The position numbers were made by a program, and so were the translations under genes. From IMG/VR virus record IMGVR_UViG_3300010005_000040: a stretch of DNA of 64,000 nt; one strand, written 5' to 3'. Positions within the stretch are counted from its first letter, which is position 1, and every line of letters begins with the position of its first letter. This stretch comes from a virus. Of the stretch, positions 41,596 through 52,925 are shown piece after piece. A model generated the notes under the pieces. It did not search any database. It had not been told where the DNA came from and saw only the letters and a list, made by a program, of their open reading frames with translations.

Positions 41596-42594
41596 TTATC
41601 CTTTTTCGAGAGCGAGGAGGGCGGCAACACCCGCCTGGATGCTGCCGGATGATTTCAGGCGATCCATCGCAACCTTCACATCCCTGGCTTTCTGCATGTC
41701 GGGCGATTGACGAGTGCCACCACGCTGTACGGGTGGGCGTCCTTCGACCTTTGCGGGAACCTTGGACTTGCTTGCCTGCAAGTTCCTCCACTTGATGGCG
41801 TCCGCCAGTACCCTCACCTGTCGGTGATCAAGACCGACATTCTGGATTTCCTGCGGGGAATAGCCGTACTCGCCCGCCACCTTCTGGATCTCGCCGACGA
41901 ACGAACTCAGTCGGGTTGCATCCTTGAGTTCAGGCAGGTGATCGAGCGTGGCTTGCCATTCACGAGCCCGGATTTCCTTGATGCTCTCGGCCTGCTCATG
42001 CTGCTTTCGCTGGGAAAGCTGCTGCTGCATGCCTACGAGGTAATCGAGGTGTTCCTTACGGGCTTCGTACTGCGCCTTCTGCTCGGCATAGCCGATGGGA
42101 TCGACGCTAACCATGGAGTAGTCAGGCTTTTGCGGCATCAGCGATTGAGTAAGCTGGATCAGGAAATCCCGATCGGCCGCAAGCTGCTGTTCGAATTGCT
42201 GGACTTCAGAAGCCTTGGCCTTGAACGTCTCCCTTTCGGAAGCGAGGGCCTGGGTCTTCTGCCTGTAGTCACGATCGCGCAGGTTGCCCTTGATGAGGTC
42301 GTCAACAGTCGCCTCGGAACCATCGGGGAGCTTTACCTTGGCCTCTGGAGGGACATAGGCGGGCTTCTCGGGTTCTGGCGCCGCGTCTTCCTCGGCTTGA
42401 CCTTCGTCTTCGTCGGAGGCTTCCTCGGGTTCGTCCGTTGCGGACTCGTCCGTGAAAGCATCATCCTCCGCTGGCTGCTCGGATTCGGATTGGCCTTCAG
42501 GGGCTTCCTTCTCTTCGACAGGCGAGGCGTAGGCTGCTGCGGCTTCTGCAAGCGACAGCGAACCACCGATCCCTTCCGGGGTGTCGTTGGGCAT
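41596..42594 (-). CDS. Scaffolding protein
   Basis: Acidic N-terminus, DDLIKGNLRDRDYRQKTQALA, coiled coil; upstream of the capsid gene. Confidence 0.82.
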   Translation of the reverse strand: MPNDTPEGIGGSLSLAEAAAAYASPVEEKEAPEGQSESEQPAEDDAFTDESATDEPEEASDEDEGQAEEDAAPEPEKPAYVPPEAKVKLPDGSEATVDDLIKGNLRDRDYRQKTQALASERETFKAKASEVQQFEQQLAADRDFLIQLTQSLMPQKPDYSMVSVDPIGYAEQKAQYEARKEHLDYLVGMQQQLSQRKQHEQAESIKEIRAREWQATLDHLPELKDATRLSSFVGEIQKVAGEYGYSPQEIQNVGLDHRQVRVLADAIKWRNLQASKSKVPAKVEGRPPVQRGGTRQSPDMQKARDVKVAMDRLKSSGSIQAGVAALLALEKG

Positions 42595-42672
42595 GTTCGG
42601 TCCTTTTGGGATAGAGCTTCGCCAGTAGGATGGCCTTGCGGCTCCGTGGCGAGGTGGCTCGGGGTTTAGCGG

Positions 42673-42957
42673 TTAAGCAACCGCCATAGGCTTGCGAGGG
42701 GCGCGAAGGATTGCGTTCGCGACCTCCTGGCAGATTCCGTCAATGGCCTTGATCTCGGCCTTGAGTGTGCGAACCGTCTCGATGTTGGCCGGCTGGCCAT
42801 TGAGCATAGATGTGATTACAGAGGCTTGTTCCCGCTCCATTTCAGCGAGTTTTGTCTCACGAAGCGACCGAATGGCAGCTTGGAACGCAGGATCGTTGCG
42901 CAGCCGGTTGGCGTCTTCCGCCGCTACTGCAATCGCCTGCTTTTCTGCCTCGGTCAT
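42673..42957 (-). CDS. Conserved head-module protein
   Basis: Helical; AEDANRLRNDPAFQ pattern between portal and scaffold. Confidence 0.65.
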   Translation of the reverse strand: MTEAEKQAIAVAAEDANRLRNDPAFQAAIRSLRETKLAEMEREQASVITSMLNGQPANIETVRTLKAEIKAIDGICQEVANAILRAPRKPMAVA

Positions 42958-43328
42958 GCGTAATACCCGTGCGCGACAACCGTGTTGTTGGTCCCGCCAG
43001 CACCGGAGGCCGGGCAGGTCACGACAATGGCCGTATTGACCGCTGATGCCGGGAGCGGAGGAGCAAACTGCACGATAAGCGGCTGATTGGGAACCAGAGC
43101 ACCTACCGCGTACGTATAGGTGTAAGTCTGGGTACCACCCTTCAAGCCCGCGACAGTCACAGCAACGGGCAAACCGGCCGTCGCGCCCGAGCCGGTGACT
43201 TCAAAGCCAGTGATGAACATGGTCGTAGTGGCTGTGGGCGTCAGTGTTGCCACTGCCGAAGCATTGGCCACGTTGCCAGAGCCAGCAATGATCGGTGTTG
43301 CCGCCGCCGGATAGTCGCTGTTGTACAT
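42954..43328 (-). CDS. Hypothetical virion protein (beta-sandwich)
   Basis: Ala/Thr/Val-rich 124 aa immediately after portal. Confidence 0.6.
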   Translation of the reverse strand: MYNSDYPAAATPIIAGSGNVANASAVATLTPTATTTMFITGFEVTGSGATAGLPVAVTVAGLKGGTQTYTYTYAVGALVPNQPLIVQFAPPLPASAVNTAIVVTCPASGAGGTNNTVVAHGYYA

Positions 43329-43338
43329 GGTGTGATCC

Positions 43339-45507
43339 TTATCCGGGCTCGCCGCCCATATGGACTGCCGACGTTGCTACCTCGGCTTTCGAAGCAATGG
43401 CTGCATGGCCAAGCTCACGCTGTTGCGCCATGTCGGCATAGGCCAGTTCACGCTTGAGTTGCATTTCAGCCACAAGCTGCGATTGCTTCAGTTGCAACTC
43501 GGCCGCCATCTGTTCGCGCTTCAGTTGATGCTCCTGGGCAGCGTTCGCGGCGTCCTGTTCCAGCTTCGCCTGCTGCATCAGCATGTCCGATTGCATCTTT
43601 GCGGCGTTGGCCTGCTGATCGGACTGCATTTTCGCCGTCTGGATTTGCATATCCGACTGAGCCTTGGCCTGCTCAAGCTGGATTTTCGGGTCGGGCTGCT
43701 GCGCCTGCTGTTGAATGCGCTGCTTGCCGGCCTGAATGTCGTCTTCGGACACGTCAGGATAGAAAATCTCCGGGTTCTTGATACCGGCCGATTCCGCCTG
43801 CTTCTTCAGCGTGGTCAGAATGTACGGTAGCATCTCCAAAGCCTTGTCGGGGAAGCCACTTTCCTGCAATTTCTGGGTCAGGCCGGTCTGGTTGGCCAAA
43901 ACCTGCTGCAACATGGCCAAATCGCGATCCCTGGAGCCTGTGCCGAGGCCAACATTGATCGTGATGTCCATGTCCGCGTTCCAATAACGCGGGTCGATAG
44001 TGATAGCCTTGCCACGCATACGGATATCGCGCGGCTTGTCCTGGTGCTTCACCTCAAGCTTGAGGATCTTGCGGAAGACCTTCTTCCAGCCCAATTCAGC
44101 CTGGTTGCGGGCGACTAGCTCGATCTGCGAATAGGCCGCGTCGTGCTGGTTCTGGTTGGCCGTTGCAGACTGGTTCTGGAGCGCTTCGGGGTCCAACGCC
44201 ATCGTCTGGCGAGAAACGCCAGTACGGCGCTCTATGACCTGATCCTGATAGTTGATCGCATCATAGGCATGATTGGCAACGAACGGGATTGCGAGCGCTT
44301 CTACGGTCGAGCCCTGCTTGCCGAAGATCGCCCCACCAAACGAAGGGCTGAACAACTCTTCAGGGTTGGTGATCTCGCCCACGACAAACCGCTGCGGGTT
44401 GTTGGTGGCATATGTGTTGTCGAGAGCTTGGCGCAGCAGAACGGTCTTGATTTGCTGAACATCCATCGTCTCGTCGGCGATCGACTGCGCTTCCCAGCGG
44501 TGAGGCATGGGATTGCAGGGAATGTCATCGAACGGGGTTTCGTCCTCCCATTCTTCCCAATCGAGGATTGTCCCACCATCTTTGGAGCCGGCATAGATGA
44601 CGCGACAAGTTTCCGCGATGCCGTCGCCGTCGATATCGACCTTGATATAGCACTCGTACTTGTCGATGATATCCATCGACGCATCGCCGTCTTCCATTGT
44701 CTGCTGATCGCGGCGTGCGATTTCTTCGGCGGTGCGGTTGTCTGATGCCTTGCCCAGACTGTCGACCTTCTGGCGGTCGAACCCTTCCTTTACGAGGTCG
44801 GAGCGTGTCGGCGTGGAATGGTGGTACTGAAACCGTGCATCGTCGCAGGTCTTTGAATCCGAGTCCTTGCCGTAATCCTCTGGCGGGATTGCTTCGACGC
44901 GGGTCTTGCCGTCATCGACCTTGCGCTTGATCTTGACCGAATGCACCTTGATTGGCGTCGTCTGGCCAGTTGCGGGGTCTGTCAGTTCCTCGGTGTCTTC
45001 CGAGTGCTGCATTACCTCAACATCGTCATCCGAGACGAGCAGTGTGTATTCGTCGTCTGTCAGGCCGCTGTGGAAGGAAATCTTGGTGGTCGGCGTATCG
45101 TCCCACCAGGTCTTGACCACACCATTGGCTGACAGAAGGCTATCCCATGTCGCATTGTAGACGATGCGATAGCCGTCGTTTTCCTTCCAGAACGTGTAGT
45201 TCAGGCCATCCGTGGCCTGCTCGGCCCAGGCGATGTCTTCCTTGCCCACAGGCTCGGCAACGGCCATATGCTCCGAGGCTGTGAACACGCGAATGATGCC
45301 GGGAAGCATCCAACCCATGGTGTCGGCGAGATCACGCGACACAGCACTCGACCGGCCTGTTTCGGCCACGATATCAAGCATTTTTCCCTGATAGTATTCC
45401 AGGGCCTTGGTCTGCTTCTTGCTCGATGTTGCCCGGTCGGACTGAGCGAGGGCGATTTCGCGCGCAACCAGTGCTTTAAGCTCGTCCTCCCCCATTCGCT
45501 TGGCCAT
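43339..45507 (-). CDS. Portal protein (P22-like, with long C-terminal barrel)
   Basis: 722 aa; ALEYYQG, VSRDLADT, INVGLGTG; Gln/Ala-rich C-terminal coiled coil; adjacent to terL. Confidence 0.92.
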   Translation of the reverse strand: MAKRMGEDELKALVAREIALAQSDRATSSKKQTKALEYYQGKMLDIVAETGRSSAVSRDLADTMGWMLPGIIRVFTASEHMAVAEPVGKEDIAWAEQATDGLNYTFWKENDGYRIVYNATWDSLLSANGVVKTWWDDTPTTKISFHSGLTDDEYTLLVSDDDVEVMQHSEDTEELTDPATGQTTPIKVHSVKIKRKVDDGKTRVEAIPPEDYGKDSDSKTCDDARFQYHHSTPTRSDLVKEGFDRQKVDSLGKASDNRTAEEIARRDQQTMEDGDASMDIIDKYECYIKVDIDGDGIAETCRVIYAGSKDGGTILDWEEWEDETPFDDIPCNPMPHRWEAQSIADETMDVQQIKTVLLRQALDNTYATNNPQRFVVGEITNPEELFSPSFGGAIFGKQGSTVEALAIPFVANHAYDAINYQDQVIERRTGVSRQTMALDPEALQNQSATANQNQHDAAYSQIELVARNQAELGWKKVFRKILKLEVKHQDKPRDIRMRGKAITIDPRYWNADMDITINVGLGTGSRDRDLAMLQQVLANQTGLTQKLQESGFPDKALEMLPYILTTLKKQAESAGIKNPEIFYPDVSEDDIQAGKQRIQQQAQQPDPKIQLEQAKAQSDMQIQTAKMQSDQQANAAKMQSDMLMQQAKLEQDAANAAQEHQLKREQMAAELQLKQSQLVAEMQLKRELAYADMAQQRELGHAAIASKAEVATSAVHMGGEPG

Positions 45508-47022
45508 CTAGACAATGCTCCTTGCGAGCTGCAACGCGCGTGTGTTCTTCGGGGAAGCGGGCGGTGCTGGTTTGTAGCCGTCGCCGAAGGTCATGAACCC
45601 GTCAGCGCCATGGCTGTGATCGTCATGGCGCGGCTGGCTTTTCCAAACCGCGTATTTCTCGTCCCAATCGCGGGAATAGCTTTCGAGATGGGCTAGGCCT
45701 GCTTCAGTCTCGGCCGCGTCGAACTCACACTCAGGGAGCCTCGTCCTTGCCGTCTGGATGCTGGTGTTCTTGTCGGCGCTGCGCTCGACTATCTCCATCT
45801 GGTAGCCAAGGCCTGCGAAGATCGTCTTCAGCGTGGTGATCTCACCCTGGCTTCCGGGCCTGCGAGTGTCGAAGTCATGCGGCGCTATATGACGTCCGAA
45901 CCGAACGCTCCGAACAGAGCGCCACTTGTCGAGCCAGTCGGCGTAATGTGCTGGCCCCTCGCCGCTCGCCTCATAATAGCCAACGAAGCGGTTGCGGCCC
46001 GCTATCTCCTGATGCAGCCAGATCGTTGTTGAATCGTTTAGGCCCCAATCCCAGAAGGTATTGACCGGGAGCTTGGGATCGTAGGGCAGCGGCCCAATAC
46101 GCTTCAACTGCCTGAGATTGCGGATTTCCTTGGCAAAGTAGGCGCCATCCTTGGCGGCCTTGAACGCTTCTTCGGGCGTTGAGGGGAATTCCTTCCACAT
46201 ATCCTCGCCCTGCTCTCTCGACTTGGCCGCGTACCACCACTCCTGCTCTTTGCTCAGTGTGACGCCATGCTCATCCTTGAGGGCCTTGAAATAGGCCTTG
46301 TCCTCAGGTGTGAGTGCGAACTCTTGGCTGGTGCGGTAGGCCAGGTCCCTGTACCAGGGGAAGAAATGGAACTTGTATTCCAGGTCAGCGGGCTCTCTGC
46401 CGCTATCCTTGACCCCTTGCGCCAACTGTGACTTGTCGTAGAAATCTCCGCCCCTACCCTCTGCCGTGCTTTCGATGAAACAAAGCTGCTTGGGAGCCAG
46501 TGTATTCAACGCGCCGGACTTGATCTCTTTCGCCTTGTCGGGATATTTGGCGCAGATCTTCCCGTATTCAGACACATGGATGAAATTGAATGTTCCAGAG
46601 CGGAGCGACACTCCAACCTGGATGATGGAGCCATTGCCAAGCTCGAACTCATAGGCATTGTCTGACTTCAGCGGCACAACGCGCTTGATGTCTTCAGGCA
46701 ATCGCTCATACGCAAACTTGACGCGCTTCAATAGGTTCTTGGCATTGTCGATCGTATCGGCGACCAGGCCAGCCGCGAAATGGTCGTTGAACAGGACGCA
46801 ATCAAGAGCCAGAAGCAGGATGAATGTTGAGAACCCAAGCTGGCGGGCTTTCAGCACGATATTGAGATAGTGCAGATCGTCCAGCAGCGTCTTTTGCGCA
46901 GGGTTCAGCTTGAACTTAACGACCTGGCCGTGCTTGTCCTCAATCCAGTACAGGTTGTTGAGACGCCATTCCCTGCTGGACCAGAGATCGACAAGCTCCT
47001 TACTTAGAGCGGGTGAGCCCAT
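45508..47022 (-). CDS. terL: Terminase large subunit (copy 2)
   Basis: Identical to 402-1916. Confidence 0.95.
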   Translation of the reverse strand: MGSPALSKELVDLWSSREWRLNNLYWIEDKHGQVVKFKLNPAQKTLLDDLHYLNIVLKARQLGFSTFILLLALDCVLFNDHFAAGLVADTIDNAKNLLKRVKFAYERLPEDIKRVVPLKSDNAYEFELGNGSIIQVGVSLRSGTFNFIHVSEYGKICAKYPDKAKEIKSGALNTLAPKQLCFIESTAEGRGGDFYDKSQLAQGVKDSGREPADLEYKFHFFPWYRDLAYRTSQEFALTPEDKAYFKALKDEHGVTLSKEQEWWYAAKSREQGEDMWKEFPSTPEEAFKAAKDGAYFAKEIRNLRQLKRIGPLPYDPKLPVNTFWDWGLNDSTTIWLHQEIAGRNRFVGYYEASGEGPAHYADWLDKWRSVRSVRFGRHIAPHDFDTRRPGSQGEITTLKTIFAGLGYQMEIVERSADKNTSIQTARTRLPECEFDAAETEAGLAHLESYSRDWDEKYAVWKSQPRHDDHSHGADGFMTFGDGYKPAPPASPKNTRALQLARSIV

Positions 47023-47263
47023 TTACCGCATCCATGAGGGCTTTGATGCTGTCCCCCGCCTCGTGTGTCATCGTGCCATCGTGCGAAACCGCTGACAGGT
47101 CCGGCAACACTTTGTTTAGCAAAGTCTTTCCGCAACTGACTTGCTGCGCATCGAGAGAGATGTCACCCATAACACAGCGCTGGAAGCGATTGATGATCTG
47201 CGCCGCCTGGATCTTGGCCCGCGTCTCGTCGTCATGGCGTATTTTTGACACGCGAGCAGCCAT
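47000..47263 (-). CDS. terS: Terminase small subunit (copy 2)
   Basis: Identical to 1894-2157. Confidence 0.7.
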   Translation of the reverse strand: MAARVSKIRHDDETRAKIQAAQIINRFQRCVMGDISLDAQQVSCGKTLLNKVLPDLSAVSHDGTMTHEAGDSIKALMDAVNGLTRSK

Positions 47264-48051
47264 TACGACGCCCGCTTCAAATTTATCTTGCCAATGCGGC
47301 AGCGGTGAACGGCCGGGTTGAGATCAGCCCGCGCCATCGCACGAATTGCATTCGATATCGGCAACTGCTGCCTAGCCCATGCAGCATGCGTCAGAGCCTT
47401 GGGCTCATCTGGGATGTTCGGCATCGAGCCGAGTACAAAATTCAAGATCGAGTTCAACATGGCAATCCTTCACAGGTTGTTGCCGGTTATCCAAATTCTT
47501 TGAGGATTTCCGTGTGGTCTTCGAGCAGCCTGATCAATGCCGGGATGCTCATCGAAGTGGCGCAGAGATTGATCGAGCAATCGAGGAACTGCCGTGCCTG
47601 CTCTGCCTTGAATGCGGCTGCGCACTTCTCAGCCATTTCGGTTATCTGGCGAGGTTCAGCCATTGATTGCCCTGTTTTGTTTGTGTCAACCGCGTCAGGC
47701 TTCGGCATTGCCGCTGCTGGCCTTTGACAGATGCAGCGATGGGCTTTGCCGGCGGCGATCCATGGATCAGCGCTTAACCGAATCTCGATGCGTATCAACG
47801 CGACGAGCGGGGCCGGCAAATTGGTGATTTGATGGGGTCTGGACGCGGTTTCGCATCCTTCATTTCACACAATCGGTGATTTGCGGCGAAGTGTCAATAC
47901 GGAACGTGCCGTTTCTATTCTACCCACGCCCAACATTGGCGAGTGACGACATGAGAGACATTGCTGGGCGAAACACCCGCCAGTACCGAAACCTCTTTGT
48001 CGGTTTTCCCAGGCTTTAGCCGGCGAATCTCTCTGACCTTATCCGGGTTCC

Positions 48052-48579
48052 CTAACGGAATTTTCGACGCAGCGCCGCAATGCACTCCTTGACCTGTTCC
48101 ACGTTACCCGAAACCGGATTGTCGTAGAACACCACGCCGTGAAACGTCATCCTGGCTTTGCTCTCACACTCGTTCAGTGGGGCAACCCATTCAGCATAGG
48201 ATTTGCGGGCGCGATCGATACTGGCTTGGGAGGGTTCGCCGCCCTCCCCTCGGATTGTGGCTACGTAGTCCATCGCCTTTGGGAATGGATGCTGTGGATT
48301 GGTCAGGCTCATGAACCGCGCAACTGTCTGCACATAGTCATCGCACACCTCGACATCGACCAGATCGATTTGCTTGCGAAGGTATAGGCGGCCGATCTCA
48401 TAGCCTGCCAGCCTTTCACCAGCCTGGACCAAGGTCAGGCCGTGTTGCCGCATGCGGGCCTCTACCGTCGCGTGACGGATCTCTGCGACAGACGGACGCT
48501 GAAGCTGCCCGTTGCTCTCGCGCGGTCCTGCCTTGCGTGTTCTGCCACGGCGCTGGGCTTTCGTTCGGGCTTTACCCAC
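48052..48579 (-). CDS. Q-position regulator (copy 2)
   Basis: Identical to 2946-3473. Confidence 0.5.
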   Translation of the reverse strand: MGKARTKAQRRGRTRKAGPRESNGQLQRPSVAEIRHATVEARMRQHGLTLVQAGERLAGYEIGRLYLRKQIDLVDVEVCDDYVQTVARFMSLTNPQHPFPKAMDYVATIRGEGGEPSQASIDRARKSYAEWVAPLNECESKARMTFHGVVFYDNPVSGNVEQVKECIAALRRKFR

Positions 48580-49147
48580 GCGGATGCCACCTCCTCAAGA
48601 TCTGCGGGGCGTCGACAACAGGGACAGCCCACCAACCGCCGGGAATCGGAAAGTGCTTGGTGAGGAATTCGGCCGCTTCGTGCGGCGACCTGGACTCCAA
48701 GCCCTTCCACTCCTGGACAAGTTCAGGACGGCGTTCAGCTATTACATCCCTGATTTCTTCGAATTCCTTCATCTCGGTCCCTCTGGGGTGTCTGTCATGA
48801 GGATGCTCCGGAGGCTTTGGAGAGCGCGCTGCGGCCGGGCAAAGGATCCCCGAACATGCGCTGGGTGAGCGTGCGCGTATCGGGCGGGATTTCTGCCAGG
48901 CGAGCTGCTACGTCCTGCTCTGGCGGCCTGCGGTACCGTATCTCAACCACATGGTCTTCATTGCTCGTGCGGATTCGCCTTGCCGTGTTGATGCGATTGC
49001 GACAGTGCGCAGCATACTCCGCGTCGAGCCAGCAGCGAACCGTTGTTGTGGTGCTGCCATACATTGAAGCCAGACGGCTATATGACCAGCCCTTTGCCAG
49101 CAATTCCTGTGCTTCAGTCTTGTCCCAAGGCTTGGGGAACATGATAC

Positions 49148-49537
49148 TCACCCTTCTTTCTGCCTCTTGTCCCAGACATCCCGGAGGAATTTGGGCTTGT
49201 AGTTTGTGAGGGGCTTGATCGGCACGACATTCTCTGCGCGCTCTGCAAGCTTGGCCTGGTAGGCGCGCTCCTTCTCGGCGCCGTCTTCGTAGGCGCATCG
49301 ATTGAGCCATGTCTGGGCATGGCATTTGTATTCGCCCTGCCCGCCTGCACGGATGAACCACGCCGCACCGTCTACGATGTCCTGTGGCTCTGCACCGCGT
49401 TCCTCGACATGGCGGAAGAACTCGTCACGAGCTGCGCCGCGTCCGTCGTTCTTGTGCATGTGTGGCGACCAGATTTTCCAGAAGGCCTGGAACTCTGGTG
49501 TTTCATCTGCTTTCGTTGTTGGTCGTGCGCGCTTCAT
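49148..49537 (-). CDS. Short initiator-like protein (copy 2)
   Basis: Identical to 4042-4431. Confidence 0.5.
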   Translation of the reverse strand: MKRARPTTKADETPEFQAFWKIWSPHMHKNDGRGAARDEFFRHVEERGAEPQDIVDGAAWFIRAGGQGEYKCHAQTWLNRCAYEDGAEKERAYQAKLAERAENVVPIKPLTNYKPKFLRDVWDKRQKEG

Positions 49538-49856
49538 GCGACTTCTCCGATAGTCCGATACTCCACAGGCCGCCCCTCGCGCTCCGCTCGGGCTATGCCG
49601 TAGGTCATGCCGCTGGAGATGCCGCGATCGGTGTAGACCACTGTCGCATCCGCTTGGCCGCCCCATGCGAGGCCGGCATTGATGCCGAGCTGGCGCTCTA
49701 CCGGATCATTGTCGTCAAGGACGCCGGGTTGGATGTAGAGCAAGTGTGACGCTATCGGCGCCTCATAGCGAAGCAGGCAGTCGCGAAGACAGCGCCGCGC
49801 GTATTCGATATTTGCCTCAACTTCGCCGGCAAATGGGCTTTCAAGGATGACGGTCC

Positions 49857-50366
49857 TCATGCTGCCTTCCTCCATAGCTTACGCTGCCAGGGCAGAGTGC
49901 AAACCCCAAGACCGGCCCAGTCGGCTTGCTTGAGGGCCAATTGCGCTTCCTCACCGACCGCAAAAAGAGTGGTTCCGTCCGAAGGGCTTTTCCCTTCGGA
50001 GCCATCGGGCCGGACGAACCTAATCTTCTTCGAAACGTGCAAAACAGCTTCGGAACGCTTAAATGTCGTTTGCCACCATGGCGCGCTGGTTCGGTCTGGT
50101 GTCAGGGCAACCCCGTTACCGTGAGCAAGGAACTTATCCAGCCACGGCTGAAGCGAATTACGACCACCAAATGGGGGGTTCATCCAAATGAAGCCGCACC
50201 ATGCGCGCTCTAAAGACCGGCTGTAGATCCATCCATCACAGGGTACATGCAACGGTCCACTCGCGGGTGCTGCGACATCCAGATCGAAATGACACCCAAG
50301 CGCGTCGAAGACGTATTTCGGCGTATACCAATCATCAGATTTTCCCGGCGCCTCCCAGTAACTCAT
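49857..50366 (-). CDS. N6-adenine methyltransferase (copy 2)
   Basis: Identical to 4751-5260. Confidence 0.88.
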   Translation of the reverse strand: MSYWEAPGKSDDWYTPKYVFDALGCHFDLDVAAPASGPLHVPCDGWIYSRSLERAWCGFIWMNPPFGGRNSLQPWLDKFLAHGNGVALTPDRTSAPWWQTTFKRSEAVLHVSKKIRFVRPDGSEGKSPSDGTTLFAVGEEAQLALKQADWAGLGVCTLPWQRKLWRKAA

Positions 50367-50746
50367 GCGGCCATTGCCTCCGCGGCTTCGCAAATCAGGA
50401 CGACAACAGCCGGGCCGCCCAAACTATCGGCCCACTTAGCGCTGACCTCTTCCGCAAGACTGTCGTCAGTGACGATACCAGCGGCCACCAGGGCGTCAGA
50501 GACGGGCTTGATGGTGTTGTCGATGTCGCGGGCGCGCTTGCTGCGCCAATCACGCTGTACGGCTATGTAAAGGCGATATGGCCCATTGATCTTGCCAGGC
50601 CGAGCCGCCGCGATTTCCCATGCTGTCGATTTCTTCCATGCCGCATAGGTCTTGCTCTTGACGGAATGTACCTTGCCGCCCGCAATGAAGTGGGCGCGCA
50701 TGGCATTAGCCGAAGGCGGCATGTCTGAAATCTCAATGCGGATCAT
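50363..50746 (-). CDS. rusA: RusA-like resolvase (copy 2)
   Basis: Identical to 5257-5640. Confidence 0.88.
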   Translation of the reverse strand: MIRIEISDMPPSANAMRAHFIAGGKVHSVKSKTYAAWKKSTAWEIAAARPGKINGPYRLYIAVQRDWRSKRARDIDNTIKPVSDALVAAGIVTDDSLAEEVSAKWADSLGGPAVVVLICEAAEAMAA

Positions 50747-50945
50747 GCGTCTTTTCGCTGCTCGAAATAGCGGCATGACGCCGTGCCCGATGGGACCGCT
50801 TTCTTGTCGTCTCCGGTCATCCTGCGATACTGAGCGCAGACCATCTTCTTGCCGGTCTGGTTCGTGACCCAGTGCTCACATGAAGAGCAGACAGCCCCGG
50901 CCGGACCCGTCCCGGCGAAGTGTGCCATCCCGACGTGTTCGGTGA

Positions 50946-51365
50946 TCATGGCTGCGCCGGACGCTTTCCGGCTTCAAGGATGGGCAAGCCGGCCTCGGTT
51001 GGCACGTAGATGACATCGCGACCTGTGCGCCCTGTATTCTCCAGCATTTCGATGTAGCGCCACCGCAAGTAACCCTCGGGACCGCCCAAGCCCTCCGCGA
51101 TGATGCGATTGGCCTCAGCGACACCCTTGGCGCGCTCTACCTCGGCCTTGGCCGTAAGGGTCGACGCGTCGAAAGCCGCCTGGGCCTCAAGAACCTTCAC
51201 ACGTCGCGTGCTTTCAGCGCTGGCGAGTTGAGCTTCACCCTCCATGCGCTGCGAGTAGACGTTGTACTGCGGGTAGACGTAGCTGCACCCACCGATGCCA
51301 GCCACGCCAAGAAAGATCATTCCAGTAACCGCACCGAAAATAGCTGCGCCTTCGCTCATGGTCAT
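50946..51365 (-). CDS. SPFH-C-terminal-like membrane protein (copy 2)
   Basis: Identical to 5840-6259. Confidence 0.6.
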   Translation of the reverse strand: MTMSEGAAIFGAVTGMIFLGVAGIGGCSYVYPQYNVYSQRMEGEAQLASAESTRRVKVLEAQAAFDASTLTAKAEVERAKGVAEANRIIAEGLGGPEGYLRWRYIEMLENTGRTGRDVIYVPTEAGLPILEAGKRPAQP

Positions 51366-52487
51366 TCTCCGTTGGGTTGATCTGCGATTTCAGGCAGCTT
51401 GTCGAAGCCGGCGAGCGCATTCCCGTTTGCCGTTCGGCGCATAGGTTTTGCCTGTGACGCGAGTGGGCCGGTATCCAATGGTTCCGTCTGGAACTTCCTC
51501 CTGACGCCACAGGGCGATGAATTTGACACTGTTGTCCTTAGCCCAGACCTTCACCCGCTGGCGTTTGGCCGCGCGGTATGTGCTTGCATGTCTCACTGCT
51601 CACTCTCCGTCCTTGAGATTAGCTCCGTGCCCCACCGCGACAGCCTGCCCCCGCAAGCGAGCAATCTCCGGCCCGTAAAAATCAGGATCGATTTCCACAA
51701 GGCGCGATGCCATGGCCGCGTTGACCTTTTGGGCGATGAGAAGTTCGTGTTTGGCACGGCTTAAGCTTTCCTCGTTGTGCTTCTCGACTGCCTCGCGAAC
51801 CGCGTCCGCGATGTCTGCCGGAATGCGTTTGATCTTGCGCCACCGAAGCCTCTCGATGACGGTGTGCGGCAACCGAGCCGCGCGGGCCGCCTTGTTGATG
51901 GATTCCTTCGCCGGACCGTCTCCGCCCAAGAGACGAACAGCCGACGCCATTTCCAATTGAATGCACTCAGCACGCATAATTTCTGCTTCGCGCCGTGGAT
52001 TTTCCCGGTCGCGCCCCTGGTTTTCCGTCATTGAGAAGTCCTCTTGCTGCATGTTGCTCGTCATGGAGCAACGGCGCAGACGAGAGGACTGGCGAAACGA
52101 AGAGACAATGGAACAGGCCGCTGCACGGCTCCTGCAAGTGCTTGAGCAGCGATCTGAAAAGCGAAAGGTTGCCGGGCACCTTCAAGCGCCGGCAGAGTTT
52201 CACGATCCCCGACCACATGTCCCTGCGTGTCGGGAGAAGGTGGCGGAGCCAAGCCGGAGCGATAGAAAAAGGTCCGCCTCGCTCGACGGTTTGGCTCCGC
52301 CAGTTGCCGACGTGGGAGGAGTTTACGTCGGATTGGAAATGAAGGGCGGACGCGCGACTAACAGCCCTGTTGAGACTGGCGATTTGAGGACCAACGGGCG
52401 CGCGCGTCCTACAACTCCAGACGAAGCCGTTGGTGGAGATCGTGACGGGGGTTACCGACACTCTGGAGAATTTGGTTGAAGGGGTCA

Positions 52488-52925
52488 TTAGACGGCCCTC
52501 AATTCGCGGGGACCGTGGACCCGTTTATCGGCGATGTTTTCCTTATGGGTCTTCCAAACCATATGCAGAGGCGACACGCATCCAACGTGTCCATTTCCGC
52601 AGGAATGTGCCGCCTCGTGCTTTGGGGATGGCGCTGGGCCATTGGCGACCTCGCAGACTATCCTCGAGACGATAACATGGCGATTTTCGTGGAACATTCT
52701 CGCGTAGCCGTCGCGGCATTTTTTGTACGGCCAAAGGAGGCACCTATTCTCATCGTGCTTGAGAATGACATCCCGGAAATAGCGACCAATTTCCCCATCG
52801 GCTGTGCGCCTGAGATCGGTCGAGCCGCTACGCTTGAACCTCTTATAATGGGCACCGCAGAAACCAAGGGCGTCCAAAGGCTTCTGGCATTGCGGGACGG
52901 AGCAACATTGGAATGATTGGGTCAT
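52488..52925 (-). CDS. HNH homing endonuclease (copy 2)
   Basis: Identical to 7382-7819. Confidence 0.85.
   Translation of the reverse strand: MTQSFQCCSVPQCQKPLDALGFCGAHYKRFKRSGSTDLRRTADGEIGRYFRDVILKHDENRCLLWPYKKCRDGYARMFHENRHVIVSRIVCEVANGPAPSPKHEAAHSCGNGHVGCVSPLHMVWKTHKENIADKRVHGPRELRAV

Larger units (their letters stand above)
1..45106. mobile_element. Complete temperate phage genome unit (45,106 bp), P22/HTVC010P-like podovirus architecture, probable Rhizobiales host
   Basis: Contains terminase, portal, capsid, tail, lysis, cI/cro, integrase and attP modules; period defined by the repeat starting at 45107; attP core matches an alphaproteobacterial-type tRNA-Pro. Confidence 0.93.

Noticed and set aside
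39962-42669. Long plus-strand ORFs 39962-40831, 40909-41652 and 41707-42669
   Set aside because: Antisense shadows of capsid, decoration and scaffold genes, expected in GC-rich coding DNA
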